Assembly: GCA_964016885.1 (NCBI GenBank)
Contig: OZ024750.1
Span: 38,254,001-38,318,000, forward strand
Direction: 5' to 3'
From: Eledone cirrhosa
Taxonomy: Eukaryota
DNA length: 64,000 nucleotides
The notes beneath the pieces are model-generated. The model had not been told where the DNA came from. It saw only the letters and a program-made list of their open reading frames with translations, and searched no databases. The position numbers were made by a program, and so were the translations under genes. Positions 30,316 to 45,300 of the stretch are shown piece by piece (the stretch's first letter is position 1; the number at the start of each line of letters is the position of its first letter).

Positions 30316-33300
30316 AAACCTGTACACTGTATGTGATGTACCATGAAGCTATGACTAACCTATACACTGTATGTGATGTACCATGAAGCTATGACTAACC
30401 TGTACACTGTATGTGATGTACCATGAAGCTATGACTAACATGTACACTGTATGTGATGTACCATGAAGCTATGACTAAACTGTACACTGTATGTGATGTA
30501 CCATGAAGCTATGGCTAACCTGTACACTGTATGTGATGTACCATGAAGCTATGGCTAACCTGTACACTGTATGTGATGTACCATGAAGCTATGACTAACC
30601 TATACACTGTATGTGATGTACCATGAAGCTATGACTAACCCGTACACTGTATGTGATGTACCATGAAGCTATGGCTAACCTGTACACTGTATGTGATGTA
30701 CCATGAAGCTATGGCTAACCTGTACACTGTATGTGATGTACCATGAAGCTATGGCTAACCTGTACACTGTATGTGATGTACCATGAAGCTATGACTAACC
30801 TATACACTGTATGTGATGTACCATGAAGCTATGACTAACCTGTACACTGTATGTGATGTAACATGAAGCTATGGCTAACCTGTACACTGTTTGTGATGTA
30901 CCATGAAGCTATGTCTAACCTGTACACTGTATGTGATGTACCATGAAGTTATAGCTAACCTATACACTGTATGTGATGTACCATGAAGCTATGACTAACC
31001 CGTACACTGTATGTGATGTACCATGAAGCTATGGCTAACCTGTACACTGTATGTGATGTACCATGAAGCTATGGCTAACCTGTACACTGTATGTGATGTA
31101 CCATGAAGCTATGGCTAACCTGTACACTGTATGTGATGTACCATGAAGCTATGACTAACCTGTACACTGTATGTGATGTAACATGAAGTTATGACTAACA
31201 TGTACGCTGTATGTGATGTACCATGAAGCTATGGCTAACCTGTACACTGTATGTGATGTACCATGAAGCTATGACTAACCTGTACACTGTATGTGATGTA
31301 CCATGAAGCTATGACTAACCTGTACACTGTATGTGATGTACCATGAAGTTATGACTAACATGTACACTGTATGTGATGTACCATGAAGCTCTGACTAACC
31401 TGTACAGTGTATGTGATGTACCATGAAGCTATGACTAACCTGTACACTGTATGTGATGTACCATGAAGCTATGACTAACCTATACACTGTATGTGATGTA
31501 CCATGCAGCTATGACTAACCTGTACACTGTATGTGATGTACCATGAAGCTATGGCTAACCAGTACACTGTATGTGATATACCATGAAGCTATGACTAATC
31601 TGTACACTGTATGTGATGTAACATGAAGCTATAGCTAACCTGTACACTGTATGTGATGTACCATGAAGCTATGACTAACCTATACACTGTATGTGATGTA
31701 CCATGAAGCTATAGCTAACCTGTACACTGTATGTGATGTACCATGAAGTTATAGCTAACCTGTACACTGTATGTGATGTACCATGAAGCTATGACTAATC
31801 TGTACACTGTATGTGATGTACCATGAAGCTATGACTAACCTATACACTGTATGTGATGTACCATGAAGCTATGACTAACCTGTACACTGTATGTGATGTA
31901 CCATGAAGCTATGACTAACATGTACACTGTATGTGATGTACCATGAAGCAATGACTAAACTGTACACTGTATGTGATGTACCATGAAGCTATGGCTCACC
32001 TGTACACTGTATGTGATGTACCATGAAGCTATGGCTAACCTGTACACTGTATGTGATGTACCATGAAGCTATGACTAACCTATACACTGTATGTGATGTA
32101 CCATGAAGCTATGACTAACCCGTACACTGTATGTGATGTACCATGAAGCTATGGCTAACCTGTACACTGTATGTGATGTACCATGAAGCTATGGCTAACC
32201 TGTACACTGTATGTGATGTACCATGAAGCTATGGCTAACCTGTACACTGTATGTGATGTACCATGAAGCTATGACTAACCTATACAATGTATGTGATGTA
32301 CCATGAAGCTATGACTAACCTGTACACTCTATGTGATGTACCATGAAGCTATGGCTAACCTGTACACTGTTTGTGATGTACCATGAAGCTATGGCTAACC
32401 TGTACACTGTTTGTGATGTACCATGAAGCTATGACTAACCTGTACACTGTATGTGATGTACCATGAAGTTATAGCTAACCTGTACACTGTAAGTGATGTA
32501 ACATGAAGCTATAGCTAACCTGTACACTGTATGTGATGTACCATGAAGCTATGACTAACCTGTACACTGTATGTGATGTACCATGAAGCTATAGCTAACC
32601 TATACACTGTATGTGATGTACCATGAAGCTATGACAAACCTGTACACTGTATGTGATGTACCATGAAGCTATGACTAACCTATACACTGTATGTGATGTA
32701 CCATGAAGCTATGACTAACCTCTACACTGTATGTGATGTACCATGAAGCTATGACTAACATGTACACTGTATGTGATGTACCATGAAGCTATGACTAAAC
32801 TGTACACTGTATGTGATGTACCATGAAGCTATGGCTAACCTGTACACTGTATGTGATGTACCATGAAGCTATGGCTAACCTGTACACTGTATGTGATGTA
32901 CCATGAAGCTATGACTAACCTATACACTGTATGTGATGTACCATGAAGCTATGACTAACCCGTACACTGTATGTGATGTACCATGAAGCTATGGCTAACC
33001 TGTACACTGTATGTGATGTACCATGAAGCTATGGCTAACCTGTACACTGTATGTGATGTACCATGAAGCTATGGCTAACCTGTACACTGTATGTGATGTA
33101 CCATGAAGCTATGACTAACCTATACACTGTATGTGATGTACCATGAAGCTATGACTAACCTGTACACTGTATGTGATGTACCATGAAGCTATGGCTAACC
33201 TGTACACTGTTTGTGATGTACCATGAAGCTATGGCTAACCTGTACACTGTATGTGATGTACCATGAAGTTATAGCTAACCTGTACACTGTATGTGATGTA

Positions 33301-36300
33301 CCATGAAGCTATGACTAATCTATACACTGTATGTGATGTACCATGAAGCTATAGCTAACCTGTACACTGTATGTGATGTACCATGAAGCTATGACTAACC
33401 TGTACACTGTATGTGATGTACCATGAAGCTATGACTAACCTGTACACTCTATGTGATGTAACATGAAGTTATGACTAACATGTACACTGTATGTGATGTA
33501 CCATGAAGCTATGGCTAACCTGTACACTGTATGTGATGTACCATGAAGCTATGACTAACCTGTACACTGTATGTGATGTACCATGAAGCTATGACTAACC
33601 TGTACACTGTATGTGATGTACCATGAAGCTATGACTAACCTGTACACCGTATGTGATGTACCATGAAGCTATGACTAACCTATACACAGTATGTGATGTA
33701 CCATGAAGCTATGACTAACCTGTTCACTGTATGTGATGTACCATGAAGCTATGACTAACCTATACACTGTATGTGATGTACCATGCAGCTATGACTAACC
33801 TGTACACTGTATGTGATGTACCATGAAGCTATGGCTAACCTGTACACTGTATGTGATGTACCATGAAGCTATGGCTAACCTGTACACTGTATGTGATGTA
33901 CCATGAAGTTTTAGCTAACCTGTACACTGTACGTGATGTACTATGAAGCTATGACTAATCTGTACACTGTATGTGATGTACCATGAAGCTATGACTAATC
34001 TGTACACTGTATGTGATGTAACATGAAGCTATAGCTAACCTGTACACTGTATGTGATGTACCATGAAGCTATGACTAACCTATACACTGTATGTGATGTA
34101 CCATGAAGCTATAGCTAACCTGTACACTGTATGTGATGTACCATGAAGTTATAGCTATCCTGTACACTGTATGTGATGTACCATGAAGCTATGACTTATC
34201 TGTACACTGTATGTGATGTACCATGAAGCTATAGCTAACCTGTACACTGTATGTGATGTACCATGAAGCTATGACTAACCTGTACACTGTATGTGATGTA
34301 CCATGAAGCTATGACTAACCTGTACACTGTATGTGATGTAACATGAAGCTATAGCTAACCTGTACACTGTATGTGATGTACCATGAAGCTATGACTAACC
34401 TGTACACTGTATGTGATGTACCATGAAGCTATAGCTAACCTATACACTGTATGTGATGTACCATGAAACTCTGACGAACCTGTACACTGTATGTGATGTA
34501 CCATGAAGCTAAGGCTAATCTGTACACTGTATGTGATGTAACATGAAGCTATAGCTAACCTGTACACTGTATGTGATGTACCATGAAGCTATGACTAACC
34601 TGTACACTGTATGTGATGTACCATGAAGCTATGACTAACCTGTACACTGTATGTGATGTACCATGAAGCTATGGCTAACCTGTACACTGTATGTGATGTA
34701 CCATGAAGCTATGGCTAGCCTGTACACTGTATGTGATGTACCATGAAGCTATGACTAACCTGTACACTGTATATGATGTACCATGAAGCTATGACTAACA
34801 TGTACACTGTATGCGATGTACCATGAAGCTATGACTAACCTGTACACTGTATGTGATGTACCATGAAGCTATGACTAACCTGTACACTGTATGTGATGTA
34901 CCATGAAGCTATGACTAACCTGTACACTGTATGTGATGTACCATGAAGCTATGACTAACCTGTACACTGTATGTGATGTAACATGAAGCTATAGCTAACC
35001 TGTACACTGTATGTGATGTACCATGAAGCTATGACTAACCTGTACACTGTATGTGATGTACCATGAAGCTATAGCTAACCTATACACTGTATGTGATGTA
35101 CCATGAAACTATGACTAACCTGTACACTGTATGTGATGTACCATGAAGCTATTGCTAATCTGTACACTGTATGTGATGTAACATGAAGCTATAGCTAACC
35201 TGTACACTGTATGTGATGTACCACGAAGCTATGACTAACCTGTACACTGTATGTGATGTACCATGAAGCTATGGCTAACCTGTACACTGTATGTGATGTA
35301 CCATGAAGCTATGACTAACCTATACACTGTATGTGATGTACCATGAAGCTATGACTAACCCGTACACTGTATGTGATGTACCATGAAGCTATGGCTAACC
35401 TGTACACTGTATGTGATGTACCATGAAGTTATAGCTAACATGTACACTGTATGTGATGTACCATGAAGCTATGACTAAACTGTACACTGTATGTGATGTA
35501 CCATGAAGCTATGGCTAACCTGTACACTGTATGTGATGTACCATGAAGCTATGGCTAACCTGTACACTGTATGTGATGTACCATGAAGCTATGACTAACC
35601 TATACACTGTATGTGATGTACCATGAAGCTATGACTAACCCGTACACTGTATGTGATGTACCATGAAGCTATGGCTAACCTGTACACTGTATGTGATGTA
35701 CCATGAAGCTATGGCTAACCTGTACACTGTATGTGATGTACCATGAAGCTATGGCTAACCTGTACACTGTATGTGATGTACCATGAAGCTATGGCTAACC
35801 TGTACACTGTTTGTGATGTACCATGAAGCTATGGCTAACCTGTACACTGTATGTGATGTACCATGAAGTTATAGCTAACCTGTACACTGTATGTGATGTA
35901 CCATGAAGCTATGGCTAATCTATACACTGTATGTGATGTACCATGAAGCTATAGCTAACCTGTACACTGTATGTGATGTACCATGAAGCTATGACTAACC
36001 TGTACACTGTATGTGATGTACCATGAAGCTATAGCTAACCTGTACACTGTTTGTGATGTACCATGCAGCTATGGCTAACCTGTACACTGTATGTGATGTA
36101 CCATGAAGTTATAGCTAACCTGTACACTGTATGTGATGTAACATGAAGCTATAGCTAACCTGTACACTGTATGTGATGTACCAAGAAGCTATGACTAACC
36201 TGTACACTGTATGTGATGTACCATGAAGCTATAGCTAACCTATACACTGTATGTGATGTACCATGAAGCTATGACAAACCTGTACACTGTATGTGATGTA

Positions 36301-39300
36301 CCATGAAGCTATGACTAACCTATACACTGTATGTGATGTACCATGAAGCTATGACTAACCTGTACACTGTATGTGATGTACCATGAAGCTATGACTAACA
36401 TGTACACTGTATGTGATGTACCATGAAGCTATGACTAAACTGTACACTGTATGTGATGTACCATGAAGCTATGGCTAACCTGTACACTGTATGTGATGTA
36501 CCATGAAGCTATGGCTAACCTGTACACTGTATGTGATGTACCATGAAGCTATGACTAACCTGTACACTGTATGTGATGTACCATGAAGCTATGACTAACC
36601 TGTACACTGTATGTGATGTACCATGAAGCTATGGCTAACCTGTACACTGTATGTGATGTACCATGAAGCTATGGCTAACCTGTACACTGTATGTGATGTA
36701 CCATGAAGCTATGACTAACCTGTTCACTGTATGTGATGTACCATGAAGCTATGACTAACCTATACACTGTATGTGATGTACCATGCAGCTATGACTAACC
36801 TGTACACTGTATGTGATGTAGCATGAAGCTATGGCTAACCTGTACACTGTATGTGATGTACCATGAAGCTATGGCTAACCTGTACACTGTATGTGATGTA
36901 CCATGAAGTTTTAGCTAACCTGTACACTGTACGTGATGTACTATGAAGCTATGGCTAACCTGTACACTGTATGTGATGTACCATGAAGCTATGACTAATC
37001 TGTACACTGTATGTGATGTAACATGAAGCTATGACTAACCTGTACACTGTATGTGATGTACCATGAAGCTATGACTAATCTGTACACTGTATGTGATGTA
37101 ACATGAAGCTATGACTAACCTGTACACTGTATGTGATGTACCATGAAGCTATGGCTAACCAGTACACTGTATGTGATGTACCATGAAGCTATGACTAACC
37201 TATACACTGTATGTGATGTACCATGAAGCTATAGCTAACCTGTACACTGTATGTGATGTACCATGAAGTTATAGCTAACCTGTACACTGTATGTGATGTA
37301 CCATGAAGCTATGACTAATCTGTACACTGTATGTGATGTACCATGAAGCTCTAGCTAACCTGTACACTGTATGTGATGTAACATGAAGCTATAGCTAACC
37401 TGTACACTGTATGTGATGTACCATGAAGCTATGACTAAACTGTACACTGTATGTGATGTACCATGAAGCTATAGCTAACCTATACACTGTATGTGATGTA
37501 CCATGAAGCTATGACAAACCTGTACACTGTATGTGATGTACCATGAAGCTATGACTAACCTATACACTGTATGTGATGTACCATGAAGCTATGACTAACC
37601 TGTACACTGTATGTGATGTACCATGAAGCTATGACTAACATGTACACTGTATGTGATGTACCATGAAGCAATGACTAAACTGTACACTGTATGTGATGTA
37701 CCATGAAGCTATGGCTCACCTGTACACTGTATGTGATGTACCATGAAGCTATGGCTAACCTGTACACTGTATGTGATGTACCATGAAGCTATGACTAACC
37801 TATACACTGTATGTGATGTACCATGAAGCTATGACTAACCCGTACACTGTATGTGATGTACCATGAAGCTATGGCTAACCTGTACACTGTATGTGATGTA
37901 CCATGAAGCTATGGCTAACCTGTACACTGTATGTGATGTACCATGAAGCTATGGCTAACCTGTACACTGTATGTGATGTACCATGAAGCTATGACTAACC
38001 TATACAATGTATGTGATGTACCATGAAGCTATGACTAACCTGTACACTCTATGTGATGTACCATGAAGCTATGGCTAACCTGTACACTGTTTGTGATGTA
38101 CCATGAAGATATGGCTAACCTGTACACTGTTTGTGATGTACCATGAAGCTATGACTAACCTGTACACTGTATGTGATGTACCATGATGTTATAGCTAACC
38201 TGTACACTGTATGTGATGTAACATGAAGCTATAGCTAACCTGTACACTGTATGTGATGTACCATGAAGCTATGACTAACCTGTACACTGTATGTGATGTA
38301 CCATGAAGCTATAGCTAACCTATACACTGTATGTGATGTACCATGAAGCTATAGCTAACCTATACACTGTATGTGATGTACCATGAAGCTATGACAAACC
38401 TGTACACTGTATGTGATGTACCATGAAGCTATGACTAACCTATACACTGTATGTGATGTACCATGAAGCTATGACTAACCTGTACACTGTATGTGATGTA
38501 CCATGAAGCTATGACTAACATGTACACTGTATGTGATGTACCATGAAGCTATGACTAAACTGTACACTGTATGTGATGTACCATGAAGCTATGGCTAACC
38601 TGTACACTGTATGTGATGTACCATGAAGCTATGGCTAACCTGTACACTGTATGTGATGTACCATGAAGCTATGACTAACCTGTACACTGTATGTGATGTA
38701 CCATGAAGCTATGACTAACCTGTACACTGTATGTGATGTACCATGAAGCTATGGCTAACCTGTACACTGTATGTGATGTACCATGAAGCTATGGCTAACC
38801 TGTACACTGTATGTGATGTACCATGAAGCTATGACTAACCTGTTCACTGTATGTGATGTACCATGAAGCTATGACTAACCTATACACTGTATGTGATGTA
38901 CCATGCAGCTATGACTAACCTGTACACTGTATGTGATGTAGCATGAAGCTATGGCTAACCTGTACACTGTATGTGATGTACCATGAAGCTATGGCTAACC
39001 TGTACACTGTATGTGATGTACCATGAAGCTTTAGCTAACCTGTACACTGTACGTGATGTACTATGAAGCTATGACTAATCTGTACACTGTATGTGATGTA
39101 CCATGAAGCTATGACTAATCTGTACACTGTATGTGATGTAACATGAAGCTATGACTAACCTGTACACTGTATGTGATGTACCATGAAGCTATGGCTAACC
39201 AGTACACTGTATGTGATATAATATGAAGCTATGACTAATCTGTACACTGTATGTGATGTAACATGAAGCTATAGCTAACCTGTACACTGTATGTGATGTA

Positions 39301-42300
39301 CCATGAAGCTATGACTAACCTATACACTGTATGTGATGTACCATGAAGCTATAGCTAACCTGTACACTGTATGTGATGTACCATGAAGTTATAGCTAACC
39401 TGTACACTGTATGTGATGTACCATGAAGCTATGACTAATCTGTACACTGTATGTGATGTACCATGAAGCTATAGCTAACCTGTACACTGTATGTGATGTA
39501 ACATGAAGCTATAGCTAACCTGTACACTGTATGTGATGTACCATGAAGCTATGACTAAACTGTACACTGTATGTGATGTACCATGAAGCTATAGCTAACC
39601 TATACACTGTATGTGATGTACCATGAAGCTATGACAAACCTGTACACTGTATGTGATGTACCATGAAGCTATGACTAACCTATACACTGTATGTGATGTA
39701 CCATGAAGCTATGACTAACCTGTACACTGTATGTGATGTACCATGAAGCTATGACTAACATGTACACTGTATGTGATGTACCATGAAGCAATGACTAAAC
39801 TGTACACTGTATGTGATGTACCATGAAGCTATGGCTCACCTGTACACTGTATGTGATGTACCATGAAGCTATGACTAACCTATACACTGTATGTGATGTA
39901 CCATGAAGCTATGACTAACCTATACACTGTATGTGATGTACCATGAAGCTATGACTAACCCGTACACTGTATGTGATGTACCATGAAGCTATGGCTAACC
40001 TGTACACTGTATGTGATGTACCATGAAGCTATGGCTAACCTGTACACTGTATGTGATGTACCATGAAGCTATGGCTAACCTGTACACTGTATGTGATGTA
40101 CCATGAAGCTATGACTAACCTATACAATGTATGTGATGTACCATGAAGCTATGACTAACCTGTACACTCTATGTGATGTACCATGAAGCTATGGCTAACC
40201 TGTACACTGTTTGTGATGTACCATGAAGCTATGGCTAACCTGTACACTGTTTGTGATGTACCATGAAGCTATGACTAACCTGTACACTGTATGTGATGTA
40301 CCATGAAGTTATAGCTAACCTGTACACTGTATGTGATGTACCATGAAGCTATGACTAACCTATACACTCTATGTGATGTACCATGAAGCTATGACTAACC
40401 TGTACACTGTATGTGATGTAACATGAAGTTATGACTAACATGTACGCTGTATGTGATGTACCATGAAGCTATGGCTAACCTGTACACTGTATGTGATGTA
40501 CCATGAAGCTATGGCTAACCTGTACACTGTATGTGATGTACCATGAAGCTATGACTAACCTATACACTCTATGTGATGTACCATGAAGCTATGACTAACC
40601 TGTACACTGTATGTGATGTACCATGAAGCTATGGCTAACCTGTACACTGTTTGTGATGTACCATGAAGCTATGGCTAACCTGTACACTGTATGTGATGTA
40701 CCATGAAGTTATAGCTAAACTGTACACTGTATGTGATGTACCATGAAGCTATGACTAATCTATACACTGTATGTGATGTACCATGAAGCTATAGCTAACC
40801 TGTACACTGTATGTGATGTACCATGAAGCTATGACTAACCTGTGCACTGTATGTGATGTACCATGAAGCTATGGCTAACCTGTACACTGTTTGTGATGTA
40901 CCATGCAGCTATGGCTAACCTGTACACTGTATGTGATGTACTATGAAGTTATAGCTAACCTGTACACTGTATGTGATGTAACATGAAGCTATAGCTAACC
41001 TGTACACTGTATGTGATGTACCATGAAGCTATGACTAACCTGTACACTGTATGTGATGTACCATGAAGCTATAGCTAACCTATACACTGTATGTGATGTA
41101 CCATGAAGCTATGACAAACCTGTACACTGTATGTGATGTACCATGAAGCTATGACTAACCTATACACTGTATGTGATGTACCATGAAGCTATGACTAACC
41201 TGTACACTGTATGTGATGTACCATGAAGCGATGACTAACATGTACACTGTATGTGATGTACCATGAAGCTATGACTAAACTGTACACTGTATGTGATGTA
41301 CCATGAAGCTATGGCTAACCTGTACACTGTATGTGATGTACCATGAAGCTATGGCTAACCTGTACACTGTATGTGATGTACCATGAAGCTATGACTAACC
41401 TATACACTGTATGTGATGTACCATGAAGCTATGACTAACCCGTACACTGTATGTGATGTACCATGAAGCTATGGCTAACCTGTACACTGTATGTGATGTA
41501 CCATGAAGCTATGGCTAACCTGTACACTGTATGTGATGTACCATGAAGCTATGGCTAACCTGTACACTGTATGTGATGTACCATGAAGCTATGACTAACC
41601 TATACACTGTATGTGATGTACCATGAAGCTATGACTAACCTGTACACTGTATGTGATGTAACATGAAGCTATGGCTAACCTGTACACTGTTTGTGATGTA
41701 CCATGAAGCTATGTCTAACCTGTACACTGTATGTGATGTACCATGAAGTTATAGCTAACCTATACACTGTATGTGATGTACCATGAAGCTATGACTAACC
41801 CGTACACTGTATGTGATGTACCATGAAGCTATGGCTAACCTGTACACTGTATGTGATGTACCATGAAGCTATGGCTAACCTGTACACTGTATGTGATGTA
41901 CCATGAAGCTATGGCTAACCTGTACACTGTATGTGATGTACCATGAAGCTATGACTAACCTGTACACTGTATGTGATGTAACATGAAGTTATGACTAACA
42001 TGTACGCTGTATGTGATGTACCATGAAGCTATGGCTAACCTGTACACTGTATGTGATGTACCATGAAGCTATGACTAACCTGTACACTGTATGTGATGTA
42101 CCATGAAGCTATGACTAACCTGTACACTGTATGTGATGTACCATGAAGTTATGACTAACATGTACACTGTATGTGATGTACCATGAAGCTCTGACTAACC
42201 TGTACAGTGTATGTGATGTACCATGAAGCTATGACTAACCTGTACACTGTATGTGATGTACCATGAAGCTATGACTAACCTATACACTGTATGTGATGTA

Positions 42301-45300
42301 CCATGCAGCTATGACTAACCTGTACACTGTATGTGATGTACCATGAAGCTATGACTAACCTATACACTGTATGTGATGTACCATGAAGCTATAGCTAACC
42401 TGTACACTGTATGTGATGTACCATGAAGTTATAGCTAACCTGTACACTGTATGTGATGTACCATGAAGCTATGACTAATCTGTACACTGTATGTGATGTA
42501 CCATGAAGCTATGACTAACCTATACACTGTATGTGATGTACCATGAAGCTATGACTAACCTGTACACTGTATGTGATGTACCATGAAGCTATGACTAACA
42601 TGTACACTGTATGTGATGTACCATGAAGCAATGACTAAACTGTACACTGTATGTGATGTACCATGAAGCTATGGCTCACCTGTACACTGTATGTGATGTA
42701 CCATGAAGCTATGGCTAACCTGTACACTGTATGTGATGTACCATGAAGCTATGACTAACCTATACACTGTATGTGATGTACCATGAAGCTATGACTAACC
42801 CGTACACTGTATGTGATGTACCATGAAGCTATGGCTAACCTGTACACTGTATGTGATGTACCATGAAGCTATGGCTAACCTGTACACTGTATGTGATGTA
42901 CCATGAAGCTATGGCTAACCTGTACACTGTATGTGATGTACCATGAAGCTATGACTAACCTATACAATGTATGTGATGTACCATGAAGCTATGACTAACC
43001 TGTACACTCTATGTGATGTACCATGAAGCTATGGCTAACCTGTACACTGTTTGTGATGTACCATGAAGCTATGGCTAACCTGTACACTGTTTGTGATGTA
43101 CCATGAAGCTATGACTAACCTGTACACTGTATGTGATGTACCATGAAGTTATAGCTAACCTGTACACTGTAAGTGATGTAACATGAAGCTATAGCTAACC
43201 TGTACACTGTATGTGATGTACCATGAAGCTATGACTAACCTGTACACTGTATGTGATGTACCATGAAGCTATAGCTAACCTATACACTGTATGTGATGTA
43301 CCATGAAGCTATGACAAACCTGTACACTGTATGTGATGTACCATGAAGCTATGACTAACCTATACACTGTATGTGATGTACCATGAAGCTATGACTAACC
43401 TGTACACTGTATGTGATGTACCATGAAGCTATGACTAACATGTACACTGTATGTGATGTACCATGAAGCTATGACTAAACTGTACACTGTATGTGATGTA
43501 CCATGAAGCTATGGCTAACCTGTACACTGTATGTGATGTACCATGAAGCTATGGCTAACCTGTACACTGTATGTGATGTACCATGAAGCTATGACTAAAC
43601 TATACACTGTATGTGATGTACCATGAAGCTATGACTAACCCGTACACTGTATGTGATGTACCATGAAGCTATGGCTAACCTGTACACTGTATGTGATGTA
43701 CCATGAAGCTATGGCTAACCTGTACACTGTATGTGATGTACCATGAAGCTATGGCTAACCTGTACACTGTATGTGATGTACCATGAAGCTATGACTAACC
43801 TATACACTGTATGTGATGTACCATGAAGCTATGACTAACCTGTACACTGTATGTGATGTACCATGAAGCTATGGCTAACCTGTACACTGTTTGTGATGTA
43901 CCATGAAGCTATGGCTAACCTGTACACTGTATGTGATGTACCATGAAGTTATAGCTAACCTGTACACTGTATGTGATGTACCATGAAGCTATGACTAATC
44001 TATACACTGTATGTGATGTACCATGAAGCTATAGCTAACCTGTACACTGTATGTGATGTACCATGAAGCTATGACTAACCTGTACACTGTATGTGATGTA
44101 CCATGAAGCTATGACTAACCTGTACACTCTATGTGATGTAACATGAAGTTATGACTAACATGTACACTGTATGTGATGTACCATGAAGCTATGGCTAACC
44201 TGTACACTGTATGTGATGTACCATGAAGCTATGACTAACCTGTACACTGTATGTGATGTACCATGAAGCTATGACTAACCTGTACACTGTATGTGATGTA
44301 CCATGAAGCTATGACTAACCTGTACACCGTATGTGATGTACCATGAAGCTATGACTAACCTATACACAGTATGTGATGTACCATGAAGCTATGACTAACC
44401 TGTTCACTGTATGTGATGTACCATGAAGCTATGACTAACCTATACACTGTATGTGATGTACCATGCAGCTATGACTAACCTGTACACTGTATGTGATGTA
44501 CCATGAAGCTATGGCTAACCTGTACACTGTATGTGATGTACCATGAAGCTATGGCTAACCTGTACACTGTATGTGATGTACCATGAAGTTTTAGCTAACC
44601 TGTACACTGTACGTGATGTACTATGAAGCTATGACTAATCTGTACACTGTATGTGATGTACCATGAAGCTATGACTAATCTGTACACTGTATGTGATGTA
44701 ACATGAAGCTATAGCTAACCTGTACACTGTATGTGATGTACCATGAAGCTATGACTAACCTATACACTGTATGTGATGTACCATGAAGCTATAGCTAACC
44801 TGTACACTGTATGTGATGTACCATGAAGTTATAGCTATCCTGTACACTGTATGTGATGTACCATGAAGCTATGACTTATCTGTACACTGTATGTGATGTA
44901 CCATGAAGCTATAGCTAACCTGTACACTGTATGTGATGTACCATGAAGCTATGACTAACCTGTACACTGTATGTGATGTACCATGAAGCTATGACTAACC
45001 TGTACACTGTATGTGATGTAACATGAAGCTATAGCTAACCTGTACACTGTATGTGATGTACCATGAAGCTATGACTAACCTGTACACTGTATGTGATGTA
45101 CCATGAAGCTATAGCTAACCTATACACTGTATGTGATGTACCATGAAACTCTGACGAACCTGTACACTGTATGTGATGTACCATGAAGCTAAGGCTAATC
45201 TGTACACTGTATGTGATGTAACATGAAGCTATAGCTAACCTGTACACTGTATGTGATGTACCATGAAGCTATGACTAACCTGTACACTGTATGTGATGTA

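Noticed and set aside
34355-34567. 70-aa minus-strand ORF (MYRLAIASCY...)
   Set aside because: It is a translation of about 5 satellite monomers with a GTG start. The 40-aa periodicity is just 3 x 40 bp. It stays open only because local variants (aactCtgacG, aAggct) remove the usual minus-strand TAG stops. There is no gene context.
45035-45247. Second identical 70-aa ORF
   Set aside because: It is identical because it lies in the 10,680-bp duplicate. This is not evidence of coding conservation.
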